64,000 bases of DNA from contig MFPS01000009.1 in the NCBI GenBank assembly GCA_001782825.1, positions 31,770 to 95,769 on the forward strand, written 5' to 3'. The notes below the pieces were generated by a model. That model was not told the origin of the DNA and searched no databases. It saw nothing but the letters and a program-made list of their open reading frames with translations. Source of the DNA: Candidatus Magasanikbacteria bacterium RIFCSPHIGHO2_01_FULL_33_34 (lineage in GTDB: Bacteria; Patescibacteriota; Patescibacteriia; Magasanikbacterales; UBA922). Both the position numbers and the translations under genes were made by a program. Positions 48,801 through 59,736 of this stretch are shown piece after piece (positions within the stretch are counted from its first letter, which is position 1; each line of letters opens with the position of its first letter).

Positions 48801-51800
48801 GGATTGAATTGGTGTCTGTAGCATAATTGGTAATTGTTGCTGGTGTTGTAGTAGCCACTACTTTAAATGATGGAGTGCCCAAAGCTGGATCTGTAACATC
48901 GAGCGCAAAAGCTGCTGAAGTTGATGTAACCAAATTATTGGCAGCCTCACCATCATTTATAGTTACCCTTATCATAGCTTGTGATACATCTTGTCCATCA
49001 ATGACTTGTCTGGCATCCCAAAGCACAGTAGATGTAGACCAAGTAGTTTCTTGCAAAGCTCTAGTTGAAGTAGCTGATGACCCACTCTCTGTAATATGTC
49101 CAGTTATATTTGACCAACTTGAACCATTGTTCAGTGAATATTCAAAGGATGGTGTTACTAGCCCATCTGTATCTGTAGTAGCGTCTGAATCCAATACTGA
49201 ATATATTATCCGTACAGATCCATTTGAAATCTGACTTGCTGACACCCCAGAACCAGAAAATTGTGGTGCTTCATTTACTACATATGTAACAGTCACATCC
49301 GAAAGAGTTGGTGTCTGTCCACCATCTGAACTAGAAATATATACTTTGTATTGTATCCATTGATCATCAGTTCCATCAGTATGACTACTATTTATGGTTT
49401 CACCACCAGCAGAATTTGTATAATAGTCACTACCATTAGTTGGCCCCAACCAAGATGTCCATGTCCCTGGTGAACCAGATGAATCTGGAGCCGTCCTTAT
49501 TTGAAACTTAATATCCGTACCAGTTGGCAAATTTTCTGTCCAAGCAATACTTGAAAGAATATTAGCAACATCACTTGTGTCAAAAGGGCTTGATGTCAAT
49601 GTCTGTTCTGTATTGGTATATCTAGTGTAATTTATTGTTACATCTTGAAGTTCTGGGGTAACACTGGTATCTGATGTTGCAAGAGCTGTTTGATATTGAA
49701 TATATCTTTCACCATCTGTCACACAATTGTTGGATGATATATCATCTCCGGTATTGTTTACAACATTACAAGATGCCCAAGCAGTAGCATCTGACATATC
49801 GGCTTTTTGACCTGTCCTTACTTTCATAGTCAAAGTTGTATTTGCAAGAGTGCTAGTTGTCCATGTCATTGTTCCAAATACAGTTGAACTCACTGTATCT
49901 ATTATATTTGAAGTAAAAGTACCAGATGAAACATAAGCTACACCTAAATTTAGGGTACCAGAACCACCTACGCCACTTACGGCAACTGGAGTACTCTGTG
50001 GATCAATAGAACCATTTCCTCCTTGGTACAAACTATTCCATCCCCAACAATAAACATCATCACCTGAATCAAGTGCACAAACAAACTCTTGACCGGCACT
50101 AATATTTACTATATTTGATAAATTACCAGAACCACCAACACCAACAACTTGAACCGGAGTGGTTGTAACCGTACCATCTGTTCCATCCCCTCTCTCTCCT
50201 CTAAAATTATTTCCACCCCAACAATATACACTACCGCTGGTATTTACTGCGCACATAACACCACCAGCACCACCAGTAACATCTATAACATTGGTTAAAT
50301 TACCGACACCATTTACACCTAATACTTGAACCGGCACAGACCTGTTAGTTGTAGTTTGATCACCAACTGAACCTGAAGAATTTTCACCCCAACAATATAA
50401 GTCATTACTTGTATCAATCGCACAAGTAGTTGAATCTCCAGTTGAACCACTGGAAACATTGGCAAAAAAACCAACCGCGCCAACACCAACCACTTGAACT
50501 GGAGTGGTATATTGATCTGTTGCATTATTTCCAAGTCTTCCAGCAGCACCGACTCCCCAACAATACATACTATTACCAGTATCAGCTGCACACACATGAT
50601 TTGCACCATCCATAACTGTGTCTATATTTGTCAAATTTCCAGAACCACCAACACCAACAACTTGAGTTGGCACAGGTACAGCACTGAATGTATCTGCTCC
50701 AGATTGAACACCTTGACCCCAACAATATAAATTGTTACTTGAATCCATTGCACAAAATCCATCAATATGACCAGATATGCCTGTTATATTGGACAAAAAA
50801 CCGCTGCCACCAACACCCAAAACTTGAACTGGAGTACTACTATCGGTGGGATTATTATCATTACCTAACTCTCCAGAACCATTATCTCCCCAACAATAAA
50901 CATTATTACTGGTATTTAATGCACAATAACCTTCGCCACCATGCCCTGCTATTTTTGTAATATTACTCAAAACACCACTACCACCGACACCCAAAACTTG
51001 AACTGGAGCTGAACTTGTACCTCCGGCAGTACCTTGTCCTAATTGTCCATCAGCATTTGATCCCCAACAAAAGACTGTACCATCTTCTTTCAAAGCACAA
51101 ACACTGCCAGAACCATTCTTAATATCAGCGGTAGCGATTGTACTACCAGTACTCAAAATCACACCATTACCAGTTACCGAAGCAGTGCTAGTAGTGCCCC
51201 GATTAAAATGAGCCGTTGTTGTATGTAAAGTAGAAGAAGCTTCAGTGGCTAAAGTTAATTCAGACCCAGTAGTTGTAGTTATATTAGTTGGATATATATC
51301 CCAATAATTTGTCCAACCGGTTCTGTCAGTCGTATGGGATGCATTGCTAGTTGAACTAGCTGTCCAACCAGTTTGTACCCAAGTAAATGTAGCGGCCTCT
51401 ACCACACCAATGTCCTTTTGAAAATAAAATATACCACCTTGTACTAATACATATGTAAAAACAAGCCAAGACATCATCGCCATACGAAGCGGACGAAATT
51501 CTTGTTTTGTGGCTATTAATTTTATATTCGTCCAAATATTTGGGCTACCTTTTAGAAATGATGGGGTTAATATTTTGATTAACCAAATTGGAAATAAAAA
51601 TATATTTTTTATATAATTCCATACTATTTGGCGAGTCAGATAATTCAATTGTCTTCTATATTCTTTTTTATTTAACTCATTATGAGCATATTCATCTATC
51701 AACAATTTTCTAGAATTCAAAAAACCATTTATCAAAAAATAATGATAAAGATTATTTTTTACACTATCATTTATTTCCTGCTCATTTAAATCTTTTTTAT

Positions 51801-51813
51801 GATATCCTGCCAT
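45862..51813 (-). CDS. Large surface protein with RCC1-like repeats and multiple FN3/Ig-like domains
   Basis: Seven repeats of CA....VYCWG.N..G.LG...PVQV.GVGGSG; repeated ITWTT.E.....H.V.LTGL...T.YYY FN3 modules; Ser/Thr-rich; N-terminal TM. Confidence 0.85.
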   Translation of the reverse strand: MAGYHKKDLNEQEINDSVKNNLYHYFLINGFLNSRKLLIDEYAHNELNKKEYRRQLNYLTRQIVWNYIKNIFLFPIWLIKILTPSFLKGSPNIWTNIKLIATKQEFRPLRMAMMSWLVFTYVLVQGGIFYFQKDIGVVEAATFTWVQTGWTASSTSNASHTTDRTGWTNYWDIYPTNITTTTGSELTLATEASSTLHTTTAHFNRGTTSTASVTGNGVILSTGSTIATADIKNGSGSVCALKEDGTVFCWGSNADGQLGQGTAGGTSSAPVQVLGVGGSGVLSNITKIAGHGGEGYCALNTSNNVYCWGDNGSGELGNDNNPTDSSTPVQVLGVGGSGFLSNITGISGHIDGFCAMDSSNNLYCWGQGVQSGADTFSAVPVPTQVVGVGGSGNLTNIDTVMDGANHVCAADTGNSMYCWGVGAAGRLGNNATDQYTTPVQVVGVGAVGFFANVSSGSTGDSTTCAIDTSNDLYCWGENSSGSVGDQTTTNRSVPVQVLGVNGVGNLTNVIDVTGGAGGVMCAVNTSGSVYCWGGNNFRGERGDGTDGTVTTTPVQVVGVGGSGNLSNIVNISAGQEFVCALDSGDDVYCWGWNSLYQGGNGSIDPQSTPVAVSGVGGSGTLNLGVAYVSSGTFTSNIIDTVSSTVFGTMTWTTSTLANTTLTMKVRTGQKADMSDATAWASCNVVNNTGDDISSNNCVTDGERYIQYQTALATSDTSVTPELQDVTINYTRYTNTEQTLTSSPFDTSDVANILSSIAWTENLPTGTDIKFQIRTAPDSSGSPGTWTSWLGPTNGSDYYTNSAGGETINSSHTDGTDDQWIQYKVYISSSDGGQTPTLSDVTVTYVVNEAPQFSGSGVSASQISNGSVRIIYSVLDSDATTDTDGLVTPSFEYSLNNGSSWSNITGHITESGSSATSTRALQETTWSTSTVLWDARQVIDGQDVSQAMIRVTINDGEAANNLVTSTSAAFALDVTDPALGTPSFKVVATTTPATITNYATDTNSIQMISGLSSDVSDGTWESYAVTDTITLATDPDTVYVQFRDAFSNTTTIQSATTPETPTNMVIKDISNASSGNYKEFIIWETVAAPSPGFSRYDIYRSTDGSTYTFLSSEASRTTNYYLDQTVSQNTTYYYKVATVDSDGNTSAFSSVVSDNADGQGGTDTTAPTITNRAESNITTQGFTITWDTDEVASSSVAYSANAFGGSFSTTTVDTMVKADGGSLGGHSVSVIGLSPNTTYYYQLASSDPNGNISYESNSGAGYSITTLDGPSISSVAVDSVDNNQATIVWTTNVSADSQVYYSTNSSLSSPSNVEDTTATTNHSITLTGLIQGTTYYFYVESGVANDKNSGNYYSFITTNDTTVPTISSVSASPVADTTAVITWTTNEGATTQLLYGTTSGSLDTYSTLTTGLNLSHTVSLTGLTEDTTYYYTVSSVDGSGNATTSSQSSFVTSEELSTATEVAAEVAAAEAVAEAAGVASVPSGGGGFPYTPPSDKIAPTITNIRVSDIATKSVKIEWDTNEAGDSILQYGKLAEDLNVALVDISSTKTNHSLVIGDLSPSTQYTFKVSTADISGNRTISTNQSFTTLSGLEEIDELEKLEEEILEEEGTPESIFKSLIDKTAEIIRRMSGEVSIETLESGLATQYTTIKELGALVPLPLIGGRPVVEVGSSYARVYWTTDKPANSLVAFAPESTYVNNGEYSQVVGDATEQVENHDILISELRPNTTYHYQVRSKTPVSDTARSGDLTFTTKDEQAEIITYKVDLVSDSEAVFNWTTNIPTDSVVTYIPYGQDGILQIDSVKSVSDKAVSILHGVTVSDMEAGITYQVELSGKDLNGNILSKIISTFSTSETDSSPIIVQVQTDAALLPGDESAVQAIVSWTTNEPSTSQVFYQKGFGRTDDKVEFSKKTPLQPNYTKRHILVITDFEPGTVYQFQVESIDSSGNVTRSRTYTLLTPRQKESVFQVIMSNLEDTFGWVGQLGL

Positions 51814-52012
51814 ATATTCTTTGTGACTATTATTCCATCCTATTTTTTATCTATATTTTTTAGTCACAAGTTATAATTAAAAAATACCAAAAATATTTTA
51901 CAAAATAATATTTTAAGATAAATTAATTATACCATATTTTTTATTTTTTGGGTATTTTTCTGTGTAAAATAAAACTCCCCACTTAGATAATGGGAAGTTT
52001 TATTTTCTTTTA

Positions 52013-55000
52013 TTATTCTTCTTTATTTTTTTTCAGATTACTTAATGCAATTTTTTCTTCACCAACTCCAGTTCCGACTGGAATTAATCTTCCTATAATC
52101 ACATTTTCTTTGAGACCTTCAAGATAATCAACTTTTCCATTAATTGCAGCATTGATTAATACTCTGGCTGTCTCTTGGAATGATGCAGCTGACAAGAAAC
52201 TTTGAGTTGAAAGTGATACCTTACTAATACCCAAGAATAATTCACGAGCTTCTGATCTACTAGCCGAATCTTTTCTAAATTGTTGATTGGCTACCAACCA
52301 TTGCGCTTTTTCAACTGTTTCGCCTGGTAATAAATCTGTCTCACCTGGATCTTCTATATATACTCTACTAAACATTTGCTTAATAATAATTTCCACATGT
52401 TTGTCATTCAATCTCTGTCCTTGTGAAGCATATATTTCTTGAATTTCAGTCAATACATATCTTTGTACTGCATCACGTCCTTTTAATTCATGTAATTCAT
52501 GCAAATCAATACTACCTTCAGTCAATTGATCACCCTTTTTAACCATATCACCATCTTTTACCCACAATTTGTACCCCATTGGGATAACATATTCTCTGAC
52601 ATGCTTTCCATCAAAACTCAAAATAATTTTATTCTTGTCAACCATTACAGTTCCGCCATGACTTGCTTTTATTTCTTCACCAGAGCTACCCTTTACAAAA
52701 AGTATCGTATCTTTTTTTACTTGTTGACCATCAGCCACTTTCAAATCATCTGATTTCAAAAATCTAATTACAACCTCATCACTACCTTCATATGTAAGTT
52801 TAATAATTTTTTGGCCACGTCTACCTTCAAATATTTTTCTACCAGTAGGACTAGTAATAACTTTGCCATCAGCATCTTCCACTTCAATCTTACCGTCATG
52901 TTCAGCCAGCACGGCTTTTCTTTTTGGATTGCGAGCTTCAAACAATTCTTCAACCCGTGGCAAACCTTGGGTAATATCTCCACCACCAGCTACACCACCC
53001 AAATGGAAAGTTCTCATAGTAAGCTGTGTACCTGGTTCACCAATAGATTGCGCAGCAATAATACCAACAGCAGTACCTTTCTTAACAACTTTATTATTAC
53101 TCAAATCAAACCCATAACATTTAACACAGACACCTTTTGGTAATTCACATTGCAATACTGAACGAACATGAATAGTCTCAATTCCAGCGGCATCAATCTG
53201 ACGTGCACCTTCTTCTGTCACCACTTCATCAGTCTTAATAATTGTCTTGTTTCCATCTTTAACATCAGCCAATACAAATCTACCAATAACTCGCTGAGAT
53301 AATTTTTGTCCCATTTGTTCAGATTGTTCACGAGTAAATACTTCACCATCGGTATCCCCACAATCATCTTCCAATACTACTACATCTTGGGCAACATCTA
53401 CCAAACGTCTAGTCAAATAACCAGCATTAGCCGTACGAAGCGCTGTATCAGACAATCCTTTACGAGTACCATGACTAGAAATAAAGAACTCCAATACATC
53501 AAATCCTTCTTTAAAGTTTCCTTTTACTGGCAACTCAATAATATCTCCTGATGGTGATGCAACCAAACCTTTCATTCCAATAACTTGTCCTAGCTGTCCC
53601 CAAGAACCACGAGCACCAGAATCAATCATAGCAAATACCGAACCATCCTTATCAACTCTTTCTTTATTGTGTGAAACAACTTTGTCTTTTATTCCTGTCC
53701 AAATTTCCATTACTTTTGAATGTCTTTCAGAATCAGTTAATAGTCCTTCTTGAAATTGTTGGTCAACCAATAAAATCTGCTCATCACCTATGGCAAGTAA
53801 ATCTTCTTTTTCTGGAATATTTGCAAAATCATCCATGCCCAATGAATAACCTGAGCTAGTAACATATTTGAAACCAAGTCTCTTCATATCGTCAAGCACA
53901 TAAGCAGTCTTTTCTTGACCATAAAGCTCAAGTAAAAATTGAATAATATTTCCTAAGTGTTTTTTTGTAATAGTTTCATTGTAATATGGGAGTTTGTCCG
54001 GCAAAATTTCATTAAAGAAAATTCTACCAATTGAAGTCTCAATAATTGGCCCTTCTCCTTCAGGAAATTTACTCAAATCATCAAAACGGACTTTGATTCT
54101 ATCTTTCAATGTAATCTTGCGAGTCTTGTATGCAAAAGTCGCTTCCCGAATATCTGAAAAAAATCTAGTAACTTCTTTTGTATCACTCTCTAAATATTTT
54201 GTTAAGTAATAACAACCAAGAGCAATATCTTGTTGTGGAGTAGTTACTGGAGAACCAGTCGCTGGTTTTAAAATATTTTTTTCAGAAGCCATCAAATTTT
54301 CTGCTTCCCAACGAGCTTCCTCTGTAAGCGGTACATGCACTGCCATTTGATCTCCATCAAAGTCCGCGTTAAAAGCTGCACAAACAAGCGGATGCAAACG
54401 AATCGCTTTACCTTCAACTAATAATGGATGAAAAGCTTGAATACCCAAACGATGCAAAGTTGGAGCACGATTTAAAAGTACACGAGTACCTTTAGTAATT
54501 TCTTCTAATATATCCCAAACTTCTGGCGCATTTGTCTCAATAAATCGTGATGCACTGCGTACATTGTAGGCATATTCACGCTTGATAATCTGACTCATTA
54601 CAAATGGCTTGAATAATTCCAAGGCCATTCTTTTTGGCAAACCACACTCATCAATATTCAAGTGAGGTCCAACCACAATTACTGAACGACCTGAATAGTC
54701 TACTCGTTTACCAAGAAGATTTTGACGGAAACGACCTTGCTTGCCTTTCAAGATATCAGCCAATGAACGAAGTTGTCTTTTTTGACCAGTAGAAGCAGTT
54801 ACAGTTTTTGAAGCACGAGCATTATTATCAATCAATGCGTCCACTGCTTCTTGCAACATTCTTTTTTCATTTCTACAAATTACCTCTGGTGCATTCAAGT
54901 CCAACAATCTCTTCAAACGATTATTTCTGTTGATTACTCTTCTGTACAAATCATTCAAATCAGACGTAGCAAATCTACCACCATCTAGCGCTACCATCGG

Positions 55001-55921
55001 ACGCAAATCTGGCGGAATTACTGGGATCGCATCCAATATCATCCACTCTGGTTTTATATTATTTTTGTGAAAACTCTTCAAAAGTTTTGCTCGTCTGATA
55101 AGTCTTTCACACTTTGCGCCTTTACTTTGTTTTATTTCATCAGTAATTGCTTCAATAGTTTTTTCTAGATTTATTTTTTCTAGCAAAGATCTTACTGCTT
55201 CAGCCCCAATACCAGCTTCAAACAAATGACCAAAACGAAGCGCCAACTCTTGATACTGATTCTCTGACAAAATTGTAAGCGGTTTTATATCTTTCAAATC
55301 ACTTTCAACTATTTTGAATTCTTCTTCCAAATTTTTATTCTTCTCATCTCTTTCTTTGCCGATTTTTTCCATTTCTTTAGTATTGCCATTAGCATTTTCA
55401 ATTTTATTTTTATATTCCTTTTCTATTTGCTTTTTCTTTGATTTAAACTCTTGCTTCAATGATTCATGAGTTTCAGTTTTTAATTCTTCATCAACTTTAT
55501 TTATAATAAATGAAGCAAAATAAATAACTTTTTCAAGTGCATGCATTGGCACATCTAATACCAAACCAATTTTTGAAGGTATAGAACGCAAAAACCAAAT
55601 ATGTGAAACTGAAGTTGATAATTCAATATGACCCATACGTTCACGACGCACCAGCGAATGAGTTACTTCTACTCCACACTTATCACACACAATTCCTTTG
55701 TATCTAATCTTTTTATATTTTCCACAATAACATTCCCAATCTTTGGTAGGCCCAAAAATTTCCTCAGCAAATAAACCACCTTTTTCCGGTTTTTGTGTTC
55801 TATAATTTATTGTTTCTGGTTTTGTTACTTGACCACTTGACCAACCACGAATAACTTCTGGTGAAGCTACTTGTAATGCGAGCGCATCGAAGTCTACTAA
55901 ATTTTGTGAATCACGAGACAT
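52013..55921 (-). CDS. rpoC: RNA polymerase beta' subunit
   Basis: NADFDGD, Zn-finger CYCGKY/CDKC, GEPGTQLTMRTFH. Confidence 0.99.
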   Translation of the reverse strand: MSRDSQNLVDFDALALQVASPEVIRGWSSGQVTKPETINYRTQKPEKGGLFAEEIFGPTKDWECYCGKYKKIRYKGIVCDKCGVEVTHSLVRRERMGHIELSTSVSHIWFLRSIPSKIGLVLDVPMHALEKVIYFASFIINKVDEELKTETHESLKQEFKSKKKQIEKEYKNKIENANGNTKEMEKIGKERDEKNKNLEEEFKIVESDLKDIKPLTILSENQYQELALRFGHLFEAGIGAEAVRSLLEKINLEKTIEAITDEIKQSKGAKCERLIRRAKLLKSFHKNNIKPEWMILDAIPVIPPDLRPMVALDGGRFATSDLNDLYRRVINRNNRLKRLLDLNAPEVICRNEKRMLQEAVDALIDNNARASKTVTASTGQKRQLRSLADILKGKQGRFRQNLLGKRVDYSGRSVIVVGPHLNIDECGLPKRMALELFKPFVMSQIIKREYAYNVRSASRFIETNAPEVWDILEEITKGTRVLLNRAPTLHRLGIQAFHPLLVEGKAIRLHPLVCAAFNADFDGDQMAVHVPLTEEARWEAENLMASEKNILKPATGSPVTTPQQDIALGCYYLTKYLESDTKEVTRFFSDIREATFAYKTRKITLKDRIKVRFDDLSKFPEGEGPIIETSIGRIFFNEILPDKLPYYNETITKKHLGNIIQFLLELYGQEKTAYVLDDMKRLGFKYVTSSGYSLGMDDFANIPEKEDLLAIGDEQILLVDQQFQEGLLTDSERHSKVMEIWTGIKDKVVSHNKERVDKDGSVFAMIDSGARGSWGQLGQVIGMKGLVASPSGDIIELPVKGNFKEGFDVLEFFISSHGTRKGLSDTALRTANAGYLTRRLVDVAQDVVVLEDDCGDTDGEVFTREQSEQMGQKLSQRVIGRFVLADVKDGNKTIIKTDEVVTEEGARQIDAAGIETIHVRSVLQCELPKGVCVKCYGFDLSNNKVVKKGTAVGIIAAQSIGEPGTQLTMRTFHLGGVAGGGDITQGLPRVEELFEARNPKRKAVLAEHDGKIEVEDADGKVITSPTGRKIFEGRRGQKIIKLTYEGSDEVVIRFLKSDDLKVADGQQVKKDTILFVKGSSGEEIKASHGGTVMVDKNKIILSFDGKHVREYVIPMGYKLWVKDGDMVKKGDQLTEGSIDLHELHELKGRDAVQRYVLTEIQEIYASQGQRLNDKHVEIIIKQMFSRVYIEDPGETDLLPGETVEKAQWLVANQQFRKDSASRSEARELFLGISKVSLSTQSFLSAASFQETARVLINAAINGKVDYLEGLKENVIIGRLIPVGTGVGEEKIALSNLKKNKEE

Positions 55922-55956
55922 ATATAATATAGTTATAGTTTATAGTTATGGATTAT

Positions 55957-58900
55957 TTATTCTTCTATTCTACCTTCTACTGCATCTCTTTCATCTTTTT
56001 CTTTTTGTTTTTCAGCTCTCAATTCTTCTGTTGAAACATAATTTCCATTATCTACTTTTGATAACAATTTAACATCCAAACACAATCCTTTAAGCTCACG
56101 AACTAATACATTAAATGATTCTGGCAAATTAACTTTGGTAATTCTTTCACCTTTAATAATTGCTTCATAAGCTTTACTACGTCCTGGAACATCATCTGAT
56201 TTGATAGTCAAAATTTCTTGCAAAGTATGAGCTGCGCCATAAGCTTCCAATGCCCAAACTTCCATCTCTCCAAATCTCTGTCCACCAAATTGAGCTTTAC
56301 CACCAAGAGGTTGTTGGGTAATCAAACTATATGAACCAATTGATCTTTGGTGAATTTTATCTTCAACCATGTGATTTAACTTCAACATGTAGTTATAACC
56401 AACCGTTGTTTTGTGAGCAAAAGATTCACCAGTTCTACCATCATATAATTGGACTTTACCATCAGTTGGCATACCCGCTTTTTTTAACTCTTCTTTGATT
56501 TGACTTTCTGTAATTCCATTCAAAGCTGGTGTAGCTACTTTGTATCCAAGAGCATTAGCTGCCAATCCCAAATGAGTTTCAAGTAACTGCCCCAAATTCA
56601 TACGAGAAACAACTCCTAATGGAGAAAGAATAATATCTACCGGTGTTCCATCTTCCAAAAATGGCATATCTTCTACCGGCACTACTCTAGAAATTACACC
56701 TTTGTTTCCATGACGACCAGCCATCTTGTCACCAACTTGAATTTTACGAAGATCAGCTACTGTAACTTGGACTTGTTTCATCACACCCGGTTGCAATTTG
56801 TCACCACTCTCAGTTGTAAATACTTCAATATTTATTACTTTACCTTGTTCACCATGTTCCAAATAAAGTGATGAATCACGAACATCTCTTGCTTTCTCAC
56901 CAAAGATTGCTCGAAGTAATCTTTCTTCAGAAGTAAGTTCTGTTTCACCTTTTGGAGTAATCTTACCGACAAGAATATCACCTGAGTGAACTTCAGCTCC
57001 AACTCGGACTACTCCTTCTGAATCAAGGTTCTTTAATTTTTCTTCGGATACATTTGGAATATCTGAAGTAACTACTTCAGAACCAAGTTTTGTTTCACGA
57101 ACATCGGTTGCATAATCTTCAATATGGACTGAAGTATAATTATCATTTTGTACCAATCTTTCAGAAACAATAATAGCATCTTCGTAGTTATATCCATCCC
57201 ATACCATATAAGCAACCAATACATTCTGACCCAATGCTAATTCACCATTTTGAATAGATGGTCCATCACACAATACATCGCCTTTTTTAACACTGTCATC
57301 CAACTTTACAAGCGGTCTTTGATTGATTGAACTTGATGCATTTGAACGAATAAACTTATTCATTCTATATACATCAGTTTTTCCATGAGAAGTTATTTCA
57401 ATTTTATTGCCATCAACTGCGGTTACTTTACCATCTCTCTTTGCCAAAATTGCATGCCCACTATTTTGTGCAGCCTTGCCTTCAATACCAGTACCCACAA
57501 TCGGTGAATCTGGATTAATACAAGGTACAGCCTGTCTTTGCATGTTTGTTCCCATCAATGCGCGAGTAGCATCATCATGTTCCAAAAAAGGAATCAAGCT
57601 TGTAGCTACACTCAAAATCTGATTGGAAGCAATATCCAAATAATCAATCTTATCAACTTCAACAATAGTCGGCTGACCACCAACACGAGCTGGAACTCTC
57701 ACTCCAGAAAGAATTGCATTTTCATTCATTGGGGTAGTTGCACTAGCTGTAACAACTCTTTCTTCCTCAAATGAATTAAGATAAACAATCTCATTAGTTG
57801 CGCGTGCTTTAACAGCAATAGTTTTTAAATCTTTTTTAGCTTCAAGTTTTTTAGCAATTTCTGCGGTGATTTTTTCACCCACTTTTACAATTCCACTTAC
57901 ATCTACTCTTGCGATTTCATCTTTTGAAAATCTAGCTTCATTTGGCACATCATGAATAACTTTTCTATAAGGTGTTTCTACAAAACCAAAACTATTAACT
58001 TTTGCAAAAGTCGACAAATGACCCACAAGACCAATATTTGGTCCTTCAGGTGTAGCAATTGGACAAATTCTTCCATAGTGAGTAGTGTGTACATCACGTA
58101 CTTCAAACCCTGCTCTGTCTCGTGATAAACCACCAGGTCCAAGGGCACTAATACGTCTTTTGTGTTCAAGTTCAGCCAATGGATTGATCTGATCCATGAA
58201 TTGTGACAATTGTGAGCTCATAAAGAATTCACGAACCGCCCCAATCACCGGTCTTGCATTGATAAGTTTATTTGGATTTAAACTCTCAATATCATAAGTA
58301 CTCATTCTATCTTTTACAATACGCTCCATACGAGCCATACCTACACGAAATCTATTTTGAACCAATTCACCAACAGAACGAACACGACGATTTCCTAAAT
58401 GATCAATATCATCTGGTTCATCTTGACTCACATTCAAACGAACCACTTCTTTCAAAACATTTACTAATTTTTCTGGTGACAATACTCTTTGTTCTTTTGA
58501 GTCAAAACCTTTTTCATCCAAACCAAGTTTAAATTTTGTATTAAATTTATATACACCAACTTTTCCCAAATCATAACGTTCAAAATTGAAGAACATCGCA
58601 TGAATCAATCCGCGTGCATTATCTGCTGTAGCCAAATCACCTGGTCGAATTCTTTTGTATACTTCAATCAAACCATCATCTTCATTGGTAGCGATATCTT
58701 TTTCTAATGTATTTTCAATATATTTTATATTTGGATGAATATCAACATCTACAAATGCTTTTAGTATTTCTTCATCCGTACTCATACCAAATGCCCGCAA
58801 AAGAGAAGTGGCGGCTACTTTTCTTTTTCTATCAACTTTAATCCAAATTACATTATTTTGATCAGTTTCAACTTCAATCCATGCCCCACGATTTGGGATA

Positions 58901-59385
58901 ATTTTACTACCATAATATCTTCTACCACGAACTGACTCTGCAGTAAAAAACGCACCTGGACTACGAATAAGCTGAGAAACAACTACACGCTCAATTCCAT
59001 TTACCACAAAAGTACCACGATCAGTCATTACCGGAATATCTCCCAAATAAATTTCTTGCTTGTCTTCTTTTTTGGTACGCTTGTTAACCAATCTAGCCAC
59101 TACACGCAATGGCGCTTCAAAAGTAATATTTTTTTCTCTACAAGTTACTTCATCAAACTTTGGGTCATCTATAAAATAATCTTCAAAATATAATTCCAAA
59201 TCTCTACCTGTAAAATCTGTTATAGGAGAAACTTCTTCAAATAACTCTTTCATACCTCCATCAAAAAACCATTTGTATGATTCTTTTTGTGCCTCAATTA
59301 AATCAGGCAAAGGGATTCTATCACGTATATCTGTAAAAAACTTTCGTTCAAGACTCTTGGTTGGTTGACGTTTGAATGCCGGCAT
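55957..59385 (-). CDS. rpoB: RNA polymerase beta subunit
   Basis: SQLSQFMDQ, GDKMAGRHGNKG, GGQRFGEMEVWALE. Confidence 0.99.
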   Translation of the reverse strand: MPAFKRQPTKSLERKFFTDIRDRIPLPDLIEAQKESYKWFFDGGMKELFEEVSPITDFTGRDLELYFEDYFIDDPKFDEVTCREKNITFEAPLRVVARLVNKRTKKEDKQEIYLGDIPVMTDRGTFVVNGIERVVVSQLIRSPGAFFTAESVRGRRYYGSKIIPNRGAWIEVETDQNNVIWIKVDRKRKVAATSLLRAFGMSTDEEILKAFVDVDIHPNIKYIENTLEKDIATNEDDGLIEVYKRIRPGDLATADNARGLIHAMFFNFERYDLGKVGVYKFNTKFKLGLDEKGFDSKEQRVLSPEKLVNVLKEVVRLNVSQDEPDDIDHLGNRRVRSVGELVQNRFRVGMARMERIVKDRMSTYDIESLNPNKLINARPVIGAVREFFMSSQLSQFMDQINPLAELEHKRRISALGPGGLSRDRAGFEVRDVHTTHYGRICPIATPEGPNIGLVGHLSTFAKVNSFGFVETPYRKVIHDVPNEARFSKDEIARVDVSGIVKVGEKITAEIAKKLEAKKDLKTIAVKARATNEIVYLNSFEEERVVTASATTPMNENAILSGVRVPARVGGQPTIVEVDKIDYLDIASNQILSVATSLIPFLEHDDATRALMGTNMQRQAVPCINPDSPIVGTGIEGKAAQNSGHAILAKRDGKVTAVDGNKIEITSHGKTDVYRMNKFIRSNASSSINQRPLVKLDDSVKKGDVLCDGPSIQNGELALGQNVLVAYMVWDGYNYEDAIIVSERLVQNDNYTSVHIEDYATDVRETKLGSEVVTSDIPNVSEEKLKNLDSEGVVRVGAEVHSGDILVGKITPKGETELTSEERLLRAIFGEKARDVRDSSLYLEHGEQGKVINIEVFTTESGDKLQPGVMKQVQVTVADLRKIQVGDKMAGRHGNKGVISRVVPVEDMPFLEDGTPVDIILSPLGVVSRMNLGQLLETHLGLAANALGYKVATPALNGITESQIKEELKKAGMPTDGKVQLYDGRTGESFAHKTTVGYNYMLKLNHMVEDKIHQRSIGSYSLITQQPLGGKAQFGGQRFGEMEVWALEAYGAAHTLQEILTIKSDDVPGRSKAYEAIIKGERITKVNLPESFNVLVRELKGLCLDVKLLSKVDNGNYVSTEELRAEKQKEKDERDAVEGRIEE

Positions 59386-59736
59386 AAATTAATTAATTAT
59401 ATTATTTATTTTAAAATTATTTAAATTTAACTGAGATAACAAAAAAATCGACTTTTACAAAAAGCCGTGCAACGTTAATTCATTTTTAGGTAATTCGCGT
59501 ATGGCATGGGTTTTGACAATCCCGCACTTGCAGGTCCACCTAGTCCCAAGTATGGAAACTGGCAGTTTTGACTTATGACCATGTCTTTCTTCTCTCCGTG
59601 TATAGACACGACTGCCGAAGTGAGGAGCAGATTATTAGACAAGGACGCGTTTTATATATGAACTGACAAGTAAGTATAATAACTAAACTTAACTAAATTT
59701 TATACTCAATTGACTATTCATATTCCAATGTTCATA

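Noticed and set aside
49960-51120. CRISPR-like periodic repeats
   Set aside because: The periodicity comes from coding RCC1 repeats (CCCCAACAAT, YCWG); there are no identical repeats with unique spacers and no cas genes
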